Shown here in pieces: positions 48,966 to 59,684 of a DNA stretch of 64,000 nucleotides. The number at the start of each line of letters is the position of its first letter. Position 1 is the first letter of the stretch. Below the pieces are notes generated by a model. It searched no databases, was not told the DNA's origin, and saw only the letters and a program-made list of their open reading frames with translations. Made by a program: the position numbers and the translations under genes. This stretch comes from an uncultured bacterium (GTDB taxonomy: Bacteria > Krumholzibacteriota > Krumholzibacteriia > LZORAL124-64-63): NCBI GenBank assembly GCA_963727525.1, contig CAVSGO010000007.1:352001-416000 (forward strand), written 5' to 3'.

Positions 48966-50051
48966 ATGGCCCGCATCTACAACTTCAGTGCCGGTCCGTC
49001 CACCCTGCCGCTGCCCGTGCTCGAGACGGTGCGCGACGAGATGGTCGACTACCATGCCAGCGGCTTGTCGCTGATCGAGGCCAGCCACCGTGGCCCCGAG
49101 TACAGCGAGGTGCATGCGAACGCCGGCAAGCTCATGCGCGAGATACTCGGCGTGCCGGAGAACTACAAGATCCTCTTCATCCAGGGCGGCGCCACGCTAC
49201 AGTTCGCCATGATTCCCATGAACTTGCTCCATGGCGGCAAGCCGTGCGACTTCACCGTCACCGGCACCTGGGCCAAGAAGGCCCTCGCCGACACGAAACT
49301 GATCGGCAAGCCGCGCGTGATCTTCGACGGCAAGGAGCGGGACTTCATGACCCTGCCCGCCGCGAAGGATCTCGCGGTCGATCCCGAGGCCGTCTACCTG
49401 CACATGACCAGCAACGAGACCATCGGCGGCGTGCAGTGGCAGGAGTGGCCCGACACCGGCGCCGTGCCCATCGTCTGCGACATGAGCAGCGACTTCCTGA
49501 GCCGGCAAGTGCCGATCGAGAAGTTCGGCCTCATCTACGCCGGCGCCCAGAAGAACCTCGGGCCCGCCGGCATGGCCGTGGTGATCATCCGCGACGACCT
49601 GCTGGCCCGGTGCTCCGACGAGTTGCCCGCGTACCTGCGCTTCAAGATCCACGCGGAGAACGACTCGCTCTACAACACGCCGCCGGTGTTCCCGATCTGG
49701 GTGTCGGCGCTCGTGCTCGCACACGTCAAGGCCAACGGTGGGCTGCCCTGGGCCCAGAAGCTGGCCGAGCAGCGCTCGCAGCTCATCTACGGCATGATCG
49801 CCAAGCACGGCGGCTTCTATCGCTGCCCGGTGGCGGAGCATTGCCGCAGCAAGATGAACATCGTGTGGCGCCTGCCCAGCGAGGATCTCGAGAAGCAGTT
49901 CATCAGCGAGGCCAAGAAGGCCGGTCTGAGCGGCCTCAAGGGCCACCGCAGCGTGGGCGGCTGTCGGGCGAGCATCTACAACGCCATGCCGGTGGAGGGC
50001 GCCCAGGCTCTGGCCGGGTTCATGGACGAATTCGCGCGCAAGAACGGTTAG
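48966..50051 (+). CDS. serC: Phosphoserine aminotransferase
   Basis: YNFSAGPS.LP, QGGATLQF, NETIGG, DMSS, YAGAQKNLGP, GHRSVGG.RASIYNA. Confidence 0.97.
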   Translation: MARIYNFSAGPSTLPLPVLETVRDEMVDYHASGLSLIEASHRGPEYSEVHANAGKLMREILGVPENYKILFIQGGATLQFAMIPMNLLHGGKPCDFTVTGTWAKKALADTKLIGKPRVIFDGKERDFMTLPAAKDLAVDPEAVYLHMTSNETIGGVQWQEWPDTGAVPIVCDMSSDFLSRQVPIEKFGLIYAGAQKNLGPAGMAVVIIRDDLLARCSDELPAYLRFKIHAENDSLYNTPPVFPIWVSALVLAHVKANGGLPWAQKLAEQRSQLIYGMIAKHGGFYRCPVAEHCRSKMNIVWRLPSEDLEKQFISEAKKAGLSGLKGHRSVGGCRASIYNAMPVEGAQALAGFMDEFARKNG

Positions 50052-50086
50052 GTCGCATCCGGCCGGTTTCTGGTCGCGATCGCGTC

Positions 50087-50120
50087 GCCGGGCGAGGGGA
50101 TCCCTCGCCCGGCTTTTCTT
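50087..50120 (+). terminator. Intrinsic terminator after serC
   Basis: GCCGGGCGAGGG / CCCTCGCCCGGC stem followed by TTTTCTT. Confidence 0.8.
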
Positions 50121-50279
50121 GAAAACCATTTCCAAAGTGGTTCTCGACCTGCCCATGTGGTAAAATCGCTAGCGTTCCTGCAAGTGAGCCCGGGCGTGGC
50201 ACCTGCGTGGATCGGTCCGCGATTCTGTGGTCCTGCGCAAGGCAGGGTTGCCCGCCCATCGGATTAAGGAGACCAGCGA

Positions 50280-53243
50280 ATGCACAAGTGGGTCAAGCCA
50301 TTCGCACTGGGTGTGCTCGTCGCGGCGCTCGCGGCCAGTGCCCTCGCAGTCGTGCCCGTGGCGCAGAACCGTGCGTACGAGATCCCCATACCGGAGTTCG
50401 ATACAGTCGGACAGCGCACCTTCGCCGGCGAACAGGCAAGCCGGATGGTGGAGCAGACGCTCAGCCAGCGGTACGGCGGGCAGTGGGACGTCCAGGCCTG
50501 GAACGGCCAGGCCCGCACGCCGCACTGGGTCTACGGCAAGTCCGTCAAGGTGGCCGGAGACCTGCGTGACGCCGCCACGGTCGAGCAGATCGCGCGGCAG
50601 GTCGTGTCCGCCAACGCCGATGTGCTTCGGGCGGACGTGAATGACCTTGTCGTGACGGCCACGCCGCACGCTCTCGGCAAGTGGGCCGTGCACTTCCAGC
50701 AGCAGTGGCATGGCTTGCCCGTGTGGGAGGCCAAGGTCCGGACCGTCTTCAGCGACGACGGCAAGCTCATGCTCATGGGGTCGGACTACTACCAGGACAT
50801 CGAGCTGGATCCACAGCCCTCGCTCAGTGCCGACGCGGCCATCGCGGTGGCGAAGCAGGGACTGCCCTTCGATCCGCTCGTCGACTCCATCGAGGCGGCG
50901 CCCGAACTGATGGTGCTGCCGGTACCGCAGTCCGGCGACCTGGTCGAATTCCACCTCGTGTGGCGCGTGCGGGTACGCACGCACGATCCTCTCGGCGCGT
51001 GGGTGACCCATGTCGACGCCCACGATGGCCAGGTGATCTGGCGCTACAATGACATCCACTTCGACTACGAGGGTGGCACCACGTCCACTGTCCGACCGCG
51101 GACGAACTGCAATCCCGACGAGCAGCTCCCGATGCCTTACGTCGACGTCACCGTGACCGGCGTGGGGACGGCGACCACGGACGACGCGGGCAACTGGAGC
51201 CTCGCCGGCACGGGTGGCGACCGCAGCGTGTCCGCATTTTTGCGCGGGCCGTGGATCAACATCCAGAACTACAACGGTGTCGAGGGGCAGTACACGGGCA
51301 CGGTGCAGGAGAACGTACCGCTGGACATCGACTTCAACGACACCAACTCGCGCGCCGACGAGCGGTACACCTTCGACGCCTTCGGTCGGCTGCACGATCT
51401 CTTCCTGGCCATTGATCCCACGTTCTCCTACATCAACGAGCTGAAGAACGACTACGTGAATCGCACGGACGGCTACTGCCCGGGCAACGCGTGGTGGGAT
51501 CCGGTCGACGACTCCACGAATCTCTGCGCGGCCGGCGGGCAGTATGCCAACACCGGTGAGATCCAGCAGGTCGTCGAGCATGAGTTCGGCCACGGCGTGC
51601 AGAATCGTGTCCTGGGCGGTACCCAGGGCGGCCAGGGACTCGGGGAGGGCAACGGCGACATCCTCGGCAACCTGATCACGCAGGACCATGTCATCGGCCT
51701 CGGCTTCTATGTGGGCAACTGCGTGTCGGGAATCCGGGATTCGCAGAACAACCTGCAGTATCCCGGCGACGTGGTCGGCCAGGAGATCCACTACGCCGGC
51801 CAGGTCATCGCGGGCTTCAACTGGGACGCGATGCAGCTGCTGCAGGCGCAGTACGGCATGGAGCAGGGCACGCTCATGTCGGCCGCACGCTGGCACTTCG
51901 GGCGCGTGCTGATGCAACCCACGACCCAGCCGGATCAGGTCCTGGCGACCTTCCTCGCCGACGACGACAACGGTGATCTCAGCGACGGCACGCCGAATCA
52001 CGCCATCTTCTGCGAGGCGGCCACCAACCACGGCTTCGAGTGCCCCGAGATCCTGGTGGGCGTCTTCGTGTATCACGACGGCATCCCGTACCAGACCGGC
52101 GACTTCGGCAGCTACGACGTCGCGTGCACCTCGGCCTCTCTGGGCGGCGGCACCGTCGTGCCGTCCACGGTCACGCTTCATTACCGGGTCGACGGCGGGG
52201 CCTTCATGGACATGCCCATGACGGACGAGGGCGGCGGCGCCTCCGACGCGATGATTCCGGCACAATCCCGCGGCTCGGTGGTGGAATATTACATCTCCGC
52301 CATAAACGATATCGGCGGTGAGGGCACCAGCCCCCGCAATGCGCCGGACGAGCTGCACTACTTCCAGGTGAACGATAACTTCCCGGACGACATGGAAGTG
52401 CAGACGGCGTGGTCGGTCGGCGACGCAGGCGACGACGCGTCCACGGGCATCTGGGAACGTGGCGATCCTGAACCGACCTACTCCAGCGGGGGTGCGCCGG
52501 TACAGCCGGGCGACGATCACACTCCCGCACCGGGTGTCGACTGCTGGGTGACCGGCGCGGCGGCCGGCTCTGGAGTCGGCGCCGACGACGTCGACGGCGG
52601 CCACACAACGCTCTTCAGCCCAAAGTTCGACCTCACCGGCGGCAGCAACATCTCGATCAGCTACTGGCGCTGGTACTGCAACAACGGCGGCAATGCGCCG
52701 AACGAGGACTACTGGACCGTCCAGATCTCGAACGACGGCGGTGCGAACTGGACCGACGTCGAGAACACCAACGTCACCAACACCACGTGGCAGCAGGTCA
52801 CGCTGGATCTGAGCACCTACTTCCCGGTGGCGGGCGTGGTGCAGCTGCGCTTCGTCGCCGACGACTCCGGTAGCGGCTCCATCGTGGAAGCCGCGGTCGA
52901 CGACTTCCTGCTCGTGGGCACCTTCGAGCAGTCGACACCGGTGGAGGACGCGCCCCAGCTCCAGCTGCGGTTCGACCTCGCGCAGAACCATCCCAACCCG
53001 TTCAATCCGCGCACGACGGTGAGCTTCGCGCTCGACCGGCGGGGCCCGGCCAGTCTCAAGGTCTTCGATGCGGCGGGCCGCCTGGTGAAGGTGCTGCTGC
53101 ACGACAACCTCGAGGCGGGCGCGCACAGCGTGGTGTGGGCGGGCGACGACGACGCGGGTCGTCCCGTGGCCTCGGGCGTGTATTTCTACCGCCTCGAGGC
53201 GAACGGTCGCACCCTCGGCAAGCGCATGCTGCTGGTGAAGTAG
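50280..53243 (+). CDS. Secreted M4/M36-like zinc metalloprotease (FTP/PepSY propeptide) with FlgD-Ig CTD
   Basis: F.Q...GLPV and VDA.DG.V propeptide motifs; HEFGH...EG..D; EIHYAG; PNPFNP...GR.VASGVYFYRL...LVK. Confidence 0.85.
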   Translation: MHKWVKPFALGVLVAALAASALAVVPVAQNRAYEIPIPEFDTVGQRTFAGEQASRMVEQTLSQRYGGQWDVQAWNGQARTPHWVYGKSVKVAGDLRDAATVEQIARQVVSANADVLRADVNDLVVTATPHALGKWAVHFQQQWHGLPVWEAKVRTVFSDDGKLMLMGSDYYQDIELDPQPSLSADAAIAVAKQGLPFDPLVDSIEAAPELMVLPVPQSGDLVEFHLVWRVRVRTHDPLGAWVTHVDAHDGQVIWRYNDIHFDYEGGTTSTVRPRTNCNPDEQLPMPYVDVTVTGVGTATTDDAGNWSLAGTGGDRSVSAFLRGPWINIQNYNGVEGQYTGTVQENVPLDIDFNDTNSRADERYTFDAFGRLHDLFLAIDPTFSYINELKNDYVNRTDGYCPGNAWWDPVDDSTNLCAAGGQYANTGEIQQVVEHEFGHGVQNRVLGGTQGGQGLGEGNGDILGNLITQDHVIGLGFYVGNCVSGIRDSQNNLQYPGDVVGQEIHYAGQVIAGFNWDAMQLLQAQYGMEQGTLMSAARWHFGRVLMQPTTQPDQVLATFLADDDNGDLSDGTPNHAIFCEAATNHGFECPEILVGVFVYHDGIPYQTGDFGSYDVACTSASLGGGTVVPSTVTLHYRVDGGAFMDMPMTDEGGGASDAMIPAQSRGSVVEYYISAINDIGGEGTSPRNAPDELHYFQVNDNFPDDMEVQTAWSVGDAGDDASTGIWERGDPEPTYSSGGAPVQPGDDHTPAPGVDCWVTGAAAGSGVGADDVDGGHTTLFSPKFDLTGGSNISISYWRWYCNNGGNAPNEDYWTVQISNDGGANWTDVENTNVTNTTWQQVTLDLSTYFPVAGVVQLRFVADDSGSGSIVEAAVDDFLLVGTFEQSTPVEDAPQLQLRFDLAQNHPNPFNPRTTVSFALDRRGPASLKVFDAAGRLVKVLLHDNLEAGAHSVVWAGDDDAGRPVASGVYFYRLEANGRTLGKRMLLVK

Positions 53244-53273
53244 GCGCCTCGGCGTCATTTCTTCAACGCCGAT

Positions 53274-53304
53274 CCGGACCCGGGGCCTCGTGCCCCGGGT
53301 CCGG
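53274..53304 (+). terminator. GC-rich hairpin after the protease gene
   Basis: CCGGACCCGGGGC / GCCCCGGGTCCGG stem, weak U-tail. Confidence 0.5.
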
Positions 53305-53417
53305 CTCTGCCCTGGGCGCCATGCTTGCGCGTTTGGTGCTGGACGCTCCGGTGCGAGTCTGAGAAGGTCATCCGAGATGCTCAACGGGGCGCTCGCGACG
53401 AAGCAGGAGGTCTCGCG

Positions 53418-53960
53418 ATGGTCTCTCCGTCGCTGCAGGCGGCCATCACACGGAACAAGCGGACGCTGCTGGTGATCTGGCTCGCGTTTCTGGCCGCGCC
53501 GGTGATCTACCTCGTCGTGGCTTATTACGTGCTCGCCGGATCGCGCGCCGGCGCCACCATGCATCTGCCGGCATTCCTGCCCTACGTCGTCCTCGTCGGG
53601 GGACTGGGGCTGGCGGGAATGGTGTACACTATCAGCCGGAAGCAGATGGCGCGGGCCGCGAAGGGCGACGTGGCGCCGAGCGGCGCCGGCGGCTCGGTGG
53701 TGGCGCCACCCGAGCTCGACGCCGACGAGCGGACGCTCTACTTCCGCCTGGCGCTCTACCAGACCGCGATGATCATCCGCTGGGCTGGTTTCGAGGCGCT
53801 GGCCGTGTATGGTCTGGTGCTGGTCGTCGTCATGCACACGTATCCACCGATCGTGTACGGCGCGGCGTTGGCGCTCCTGTTGATCCTGCTCAACCGTCCG
53901 GCTGCGGACGACTTCCTCGAGGCGTGCCAGTGGCGTGGGCACGACCACTACCAGCAATGA
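53418..53960 (+). CDS. Hypothetical membrane protein (about 4 TM)
   Basis: AGGAGG RBS; hydrophobic segments; stop overlaps the next start. Confidence 0.75.
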   Translation: MVSPSLQAAITRNKRTLLVIWLAFLAAPVIYLVVAYYVLAGSRAGATMHLPAFLPYVVLVGGLGLAGMVYTISRKQMARAAKGDVAPSGAGGSVVAPPELDADERTLYFRLALYQTAMIIRWAGFEALAVYGLVLVVVMHTYPPIVYGAALALLLILLNRPAADDFLEACQWRGHDHYQQ

Positions 53961-55456
53961 ACGACGCAACGCGTGGAGGCGAGATGGAGACGGGACACCC
54001 GAGAGGGCTGTACGTGTGCTTCGGGGCGGAGATGTTCGAGCGTCTCTGCTACTACGGCATGCGCGGCCTGCTCACGCTGTATCTGACGAAGGCCCTGCTC
54101 ATGGGCGACGAGAAGGCGTTCGGCATCTACGGCGCATACACCGCGCTCGTGTATGCCGCGCCGGTCTGGGGCGGCAAGCTGGCCGATGCCGTGCTCGGGT
54201 ATCGCAGGGCCGTCGTCTTCGGCGGCATCGTCATGGCCCTAGGCGAGTTCATGATCCTCGGCGGCAGCGAGACGTGGCTCTTCCTGGGCATGGCTGCCAT
54301 CATCATCGGCAACGGCTACTTCAAGGCCAACATCTCGACGATCGTGGGCAGGCTCTACAAGGAGGGCGATCCGCGGCGCGACTCGGGTTTCACGATCTTC
54401 TACATGGGCATCAACGTGGGCGCGCTGCTGGCCACGCTGGTCGTGGCGCCGGTCGGCGAGACCCACGGCTACGTGCTGGGCTTCGGTCTGGCCGGGGTGG
54501 GTATGCTCTGCGGGGTGGGCATCTTCCTCGGCGGCGCGAAGCTGCTGGAAGGGCACGGGGAGCCGGCCTATCCCGAGCGCTATCGCAAGTACGGCATGCT
54601 CACCTACATCGTCTCCATCCTGGCCATCCCCATGATCTACGCGCTGATCAACTGGGGCACCAGCATCCGCTTCATCGGGCAGGACCTGCTGTTCTGGATC
54701 CTCATCGGCCTCCTCTCCTTCGTCTGTTTCACCCTGCTCAAGGAAGCATTCAGTGGGAACGACCCGGCCAAGCGCGACCGTATCCTCGTGTTGATGATTC
54801 TCATGGTCTTCAATGTCGTGTTCTGGGCGTGCTTCGAGCAGGCGGGCAGCTCGCTCACGCTCTTCGCTGACCGCAACGTCGACCGTGACGTGTTTGGCAT
54901 GTTCACCATGCCGGCGTCGATGACGCAGTTCTTCAACCCAGCTTTCATCATCATCTTCGGCAGCGTGTTTTCGTGGCTGTGGGTGAAGCTCGATCGCATG
55001 AAGAAGAACCCGAGCATCCCCATGAAGTTCGGCCTGGGCATCGTGCAACTCGGCCTGGGCTACCTGCTGCTGCTCGTCGGCTCGGCGCTGGCGGGCGACC
55101 GCGCCCTGGTGCCGCTCTACGTCCTGGCTTTCATGTACCTTCTGCACACGACAGGCGAGCTGTTCCTCTCGCCCATCGGCCTTTCCATGGTCACCAAGCT
55201 GGCGCCTCGGCACATGACCGGCTCGGTGATGGGCGCCTGGTTCCTCTCCTGGGCCTTCAGCAACTATCTCGCCTCGGTGCTGGCCAAGCTCACCGGCGGT
55301 GGTGAGGGCGTGACCATGGCGGCCCTACCCCCGGCCGAGAGCCTCGCCAAGTACGTCGACGTCTTCGGCGACATGGGATTCATCACCGTGGGCATCGGCG
55401 TCTTGCTCGTGCTCCTCTCACGCCCCCTGAACAAGATGATGCATGGCGTGACGTGA
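53957..55456 (+). CDS. POT/PTR family proton-dependent oligopeptide transporter
   Basis: HPRGL...EMFERLCYYGMR, GG.LAD..LG, GNGYFKANIS, FYMGINVG, GELFLSPIGLS. Confidence 0.95.
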   Translation: MNDATRGGEMETGHPRGLYVCFGAEMFERLCYYGMRGLLTLYLTKALLMGDEKAFGIYGAYTALVYAAPVWGGKLADAVLGYRRAVVFGGIVMALGEFMILGGSETWLFLGMAAIIIGNGYFKANISTIVGRLYKEGDPRRDSGFTIFYMGINVGALLATLVVAPVGETHGYVLGFGLAGVGMLCGVGIFLGGAKLLEGHGEPAYPERYRKYGMLTYIVSILAIPMIYALINWGTSIRFIGQDLLFWILIGLLSFVCFTLLKEAFSGNDPAKRDRILVLMILMVFNVVFWACFEQAGSSLTLFADRNVDRDVFGMFTMPASMTQFFNPAFIIIFGSVFSWLWVKLDRMKKNPSIPMKFGLGIVQLGLGYLLLLVGSALAGDRALVPLYVLAFMYLLHTTGELFLSPIGLSMVTKLAPRHMTGSVMGAWFLSWAFSNYLASVLAKLTGGGEGVTMAALPPAESLAKYVDVFGDMGFITVGIGVLLVLLSRPLNKMMHGVT

Positions 55457-55709
55457 TCCTCGGCAGGTCAGGCTCGGTCCAGGGTAGGCGACCGGGTGAC
55501 AGGTCGCCCGTTCCTGGTCCGTGCCCAGGCGGTGGGCAGACCCTTGTGGGCACCGAGGGTTCGGCCGACGGGACATGATTTGATTTTTCGGTATATCGCC
55601 GGCCGTATTCGTGTGATACTCACGCAAAGCGCCGATTCCGGGCGCAATCGAGCATTATTTCGACTCGACGATTTCTCGCTTTCGTCCCAATGGATGAATC
55701 CGTTCCTTC

Positions 55710-55729
55710 ATCGTGAAGCTTTCGTGACA
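55710..55729. promoter_or_regulatory. 11-bp-period direct repeat (PHO-box/OmpR-family-like operator), copy 2
   Basis: ATCGTGAAGCTTTCGTGACA, 30 nt upstream of the ATG at 55760. Confidence 0.45.
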
Positions 55730-55759
55730 AAGATTGATGCGCGCAGAGGGGGATTCAGC

Positions 55760-58700
55760 ATGAAGCGGGTGGTCATTGCAGCAGTGATCGTCGCGTGCGG
55801 GGTCGGGGCTGGTCTCGCGGCCGCGATGGATGTCAGGATGATCCCGAGCGGTGGTCGGGGCGACGTGGTCGTGGGAGGCGCACCGACCACGAGCAAGGCG
55901 ACCACCGACACCACTTATCTCCTTGGCGGGCCCGGCGCCTTCGACGGTCGCTTCGAGAACGCGTCGGGCGCACCCGACTGGCAGGGCTGGACTCATGCCG
56001 ACGCCTCCGTCGACATGACGCCGCGCTGGCGCATCAGCGACTACCACGTGCCGACCGGCGGCGGCGCGGCCGCGATGTGGTGCGGTCAGGTCTTCCCCAA
56101 TGGTTGCGGGCCCGGCTACGGCAACGAGTGGAACGCGCGTCTCATGTTCCGGCGCGCCGTCGCCGATCCGGCGCAGGCGACTGTCGTCACCTTTCGTGCC
56201 GTCCTGAGCTGCGACTCGGAACCGGGCTTCGACGAGGTCCGCATCCAGGCAAACCGTGGTGGAGCCTGGCAGGACATCCTGCCGGCGACCACGGGAACCC
56301 ATCCCAACCTCTCGTTCGACGTCGACGTCAACTTCAACCCGGCCGACTACGTGGGCGACGCGGGCGATGAGGTGCAACTTCGCTTCCTCGGCACCTCCGA
56401 TATCGCGTGGTCGGACGAGGATTGCGCCTGGGACACCCAGGGCCTCGTCCAGGTGGATAACCTGCAGGTGACAATCGACGGCGTGACCTACGCCGAGGAC
56501 TTCGAGGACGGCGATGCGGGCGACTGGGCCGAGGTCGTCGACACCGGCGCGGGCGACTTCGCCCATCTCTGGACCGGCCTGAACGAGCTCGACATTTGCC
56601 GGAGCGACTACACCGCGCAGGTCGCCTTCGTCGACGATGGCGTCGTGGTGCCAGGCACGGGCGGCGAGCCGTGCACAACGTGGTGTTACGGCCCGCAGGG
56701 CTACATCGTCAACAACACAGGCGGGCTCGTCGGCGATCCCTACGCCGTGAACAATCTCGTGATCAGCCCGGCCCTCACCATGCCCGTGGGGGCGAGCGCC
56801 GCCTATCTCGAGTTCCAGGTCTATCGGCACGGCGCTCTCACGCCGCCGTTCCCGGGCGTCGTCTACCAGTGGCACGTCCGCTCCGTGGACACCGGGGATC
56901 CGGCAGACCTCGTGAGCGCGCCGTGGGTCGATCGCGGCTTCGTCTATACAGGTGATTCTTTGTACCTGCGCCAGCACGAGTCCCTGAGCGACCTGCTCGT
57001 GCCCGGATGCACGCACCTGCAGGTGGCGCTGCGCTGCCGCGATCTTGGCCTCTCCGCCGATACCGATGGTACGCCGGCGCCCTATTTCGATAACGTCGCG
57101 GTGGTGGCTTATGCACAGGCCGGTCCGTCCGTCGCGGCCCGCGAGGCCGATCTGGCTCAGGACAGCTTTCCCGAGCGCGGCGTGATCGATCTCGCCAACC
57201 TCGCCAACGACTGGGTGCGCTTCGACATGGCGCGAAACATCGCGGCGCCGGGCGACCTGCGCAACGATCCCGGCGACTCCATCGTCGCCTCCATCACGCC
57301 CACGCGGCCGGGCTCCGTGCTCATCGGCCTGCCCCGCATGATCGTCAAGATGAAGGCCAACCCGCTCTTCGACGGCGTGCGCGTGCTGCCGACTGGTTTC
57401 ACGCAATCCGGCGATGTCATCGACGGCTTCGTGTACGGCGACTCGATCTTCCTGCCGAACGGCCAGCCCGTCGCGAACCGCTACAGCTTCGACCTGCCGG
57501 ATTCGAGCTTCTTCTTCCCGGGCGACGTGGTGCACTATTACATCGAGGCGCACGATGTCGTCGACGGCAATGGAGGCGTGACCACACTGCCGGCAAAGCT
57601 CGATGGATTCGAGATGTTCCAGGGCATCATGCCGTACCAGGCGATGTTCACCGTGCGTGCCTTGCCAACGCTCCTCGGCCCGGTCGGCGATCAGCCAGAT
57701 ATCCTCTTCTGGAACGATGCCCCCGGTCCCGGCGGCGACGACGAGTGGCTATTCGCGCTGAACAACCTCGGATATCGCCAGGGGGATGACTTCGACTATT
57801 ACATCACGCACGCACCCGAGGCCGGCGCGGGCAACGGCCTCGGCGGCCACGCCACGACGGCGACCATCAATGGCTACGATATGTTGCTGTATACGTGCGG
57901 CGATCTCGACCGCGACACGCTCGGCAACGGCGACTACGCCGCCGATCCCTCGAACGACATCGGCCTGCTGGACCTGTGGTTCCAGCAAGGAGGCAAGCAT
58001 GCCTTCCTCGCGGGGGACAATGTCGTCTCGAGCTTGACGGCCTCGGGTGGGGCAGCGCTGACATTCGTGGATACGTATCTCGGCGTGCAACTCGTCGTCG
58101 ACGACGTTTTTTCCCGCATCGGCAACCAGATCGCGCCGCGCGTGCGCGCCATCGGCGGCAACTCCGTGTTCTCGTCGATCAACGAATGGTGGGCCGCTGG
58201 AGGGTGCCCGCAGATCCGCAAGTACGATGCCTTGACCACGACCGTCTCCACGGAACGTGTCGCAGAGTTCCTGTCTCCCTCGAACCATTCCGGCGAGTAT
58301 CCCTACGCGGCCGTGGCGCGGAAAACCGGGGTTGCCGACGTCGTGACGATGCCGATCGACTTCGCGACGATCATACCGATCCCGGGCTGGACGCCGCCGT
58401 GGCCTGGCGTCCCGGCGCGAGGCTTCATTCTGCAGGACATCCTCGTCGAATTCGGCGTGTGGCCGCAGAGCGTGCCGATCGGCGTGCCCGATGGGGCCGG
58501 CGCCCTGTCGGTGAGCGCCCATCCCAACCCCTTCAACCCGCGCACGACCGTGGCGCTGGACCTGCCGCGGGCCGAAGCGGCAAGTGTGACGCTCTATGAC
58601 CTGCGGGGCGCGCACGTACGCACGCTGCAGAACGGCCGGCTCGCGGCCGGGCATCACGAGTTTATCTGGGATGGCAACGACGGCTGCGGCCGCGCCGTGG

Positions 58701-58774
58701 CCGCGGGCGTGTACTTCTGCGCCGTGCGGGCGGGCGAGCAGGAACGGGTGACGAAGCTCGTGCTCGTCCGCTAG
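55760..58774 (+). CDS. Large secreted protein of unknown function with FlgD-Ig CTD
   Basis: Signal peptide; Asp/Gly/Trp/Cys-rich beta-domain character; HPNPFNPRT...WDGND..GRAVAAGVY...LVLVR. Confidence 0.85.
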   Translation: MKRVVIAAVIVACGVGAGLAAAMDVRMIPSGGRGDVVVGGAPTTSKATTDTTYLLGGPGAFDGRFENASGAPDWQGWTHADASVDMTPRWRISDYHVPTGGGAAAMWCGQVFPNGCGPGYGNEWNARLMFRRAVADPAQATVVTFRAVLSCDSEPGFDEVRIQANRGGAWQDILPATTGTHPNLSFDVDVNFNPADYVGDAGDEVQLRFLGTSDIAWSDEDCAWDTQGLVQVDNLQVTIDGVTYAEDFEDGDAGDWAEVVDTGAGDFAHLWTGLNELDICRSDYTAQVAFVDDGVVVPGTGGEPCTTWCYGPQGYIVNNTGGLVGDPYAVNNLVISPALTMPVGASAAYLEFQVYRHGALTPPFPGVVYQWHVRSVDTGDPADLVSAPWVDRGFVYTGDSLYLRQHESLSDLLVPGCTHLQVALRCRDLGLSADTDGTPAPYFDNVAVVAYAQAGPSVAAREADLAQDSFPERGVIDLANLANDWVRFDMARNIAAPGDLRNDPGDSIVASITPTRPGSVLIGLPRMIVKMKANPLFDGVRVLPTGFTQSGDVIDGFVYGDSIFLPNGQPVANRYSFDLPDSSFFFPGDVVHYYIEAHDVVDGNGGVTTLPAKLDGFEMFQGIMPYQAMFTVRALPTLLGPVGDQPDILFWNDAPGPGGDDEWLFALNNLGYRQGDDFDYYITHAPEAGAGNGLGGHATTATINGYDMLLYTCGDLDRDTLGNGDYAADPSNDIGLLDLWFQQGGKHAFLAGDNVVSSLTASGGAALTFVDTYLGVQLVVDDVFSRIGNQIAPRVRAIGGNSVFSSINEWWAAGGCPQIRKYDALTTTVSTERVAEFLSPSNHSGEYPYAAVARKTGVADVVTMPIDFATIIPIPGWTPPWPGVPARGFILQDILVEFGVWPQSVPIGVPDGAGALSVSAHPNPFNPRTTVALDLPRAEAASVTLYDLRGAHVRTLQNGRLAAGHHEFIWDGNDGCGRAVAAGVYFCAVRAGEQERVTKLVLVR

Positions 58775-58784
58775 GGCGAGAGCG

Positions 58785-59522
58785 TCAGTCCCAGACCGTG
58801 CGGGCGCGGAAGATCTCCTTTCCGTCGCCCGCGCGGGTCAGGCTGTGCCGGAACGCGTGGTCGTCCTCGCTCTGGCGGCGGCTGACGATCGTGTCCCCGC
58901 GACGACCCTCGGCCAGGAACGTCATTTCCACCTCGCGCAGGTTTCGCTGCAGCAGCCAGTCCTGGTCGAAATTCTCCAGGATCAGGTCGAGGAAGTGCGT
59001 GTTGTTGAGGTGTCCATTCATGTCGAGGTCGCCCCAGCGCACGGCAGTCGACGTCTCGCTGTCGCCGCCGGTGATGGGGGTGATCGTGCTCGGGTCGCGA
59101 TCGAGCACGCGTTCCGGGTGCCATGGGCGGTCGAGGTAGGCCTCCGGGCGCACGGGTCGGCGCGTGCTCACATCCATCACCAGCCAGGTGCTGCTGGCCC
59201 GGGCGATCTCGGCACCCCCGCTGTCGGTGACGAGGAACTCGCGTTTCGCCTGCAGTCGGTCCAGTTCCCGCGGCCAGGTCGCCACCACGAAGCGCGCGTC
59301 ATAGGCTGGGCGACGGGCGAGTAGCATGCGCAGACCCACGAGGACCCAGGTGTGGCCGTGTTCCAGCATGGCCGAGAAACCGAAGCCCAGGGCCTCGGCG
59401 CTGTCCGCGGCGGCATCCTGCAAGTACCGCGCGAGCGCGGCGGGGGAGAGACGGTTGCCGGCGTCGGCATCGGAGGTGCGAACGCGGGCCTGGGCGCGCA
59501 GGATCAGGTCGTCGGTGGTCAT
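58785..59522 (-). CDS. Acyl-ACP thioesterase (FatA/FatB-type double hotdog)
   Basis: YLQDAA...LG, W.L, TWP, SSTW..MD..TRRP, DLDMNGHLNN. Confidence 0.88.
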   Translation of the reverse strand: MTTDDLILRAQARVRTSDADAGNRLSPAALARYLQDAAADSAEALGFGFSAMLEHGHTWVLVGLRMLLARRPAYDARFVVATWPRELDRLQAKREFLVTDSGGAEIARASSTWLVMDVSTRRPVRPEAYLDRPWHPERVLDRDPSTITPITGGDSETSTAVRWGDLDMNGHLNNTHFLDLILENFDQDWLLQRNLREVEMTFLAEGRRGDTIVSRRQSEDDHAFRHSLTRAGDGKEIFRARTVWD

Positions 59523-59684
59523 CGCGTCGTCCTCGGGTTGAGTGCCGGCCCCAGTATTGCCGGACCGTCGACCGGGAGCAAGCCGCGTTCTGCATACGCG
59601 ATGTTCCGTCTTTGTCGGCTCCGCATTCCGCGTTACCATGAAGGCGCACGCCGGTGGGCGACGTGCGGTGCATGGGTGGGGCCC

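Noticed and set aside
46804-50051. DUF1015-serA-serC cluster as a novel system
   Set aside because: A widely seen serine-biosynthesis gene arrangement
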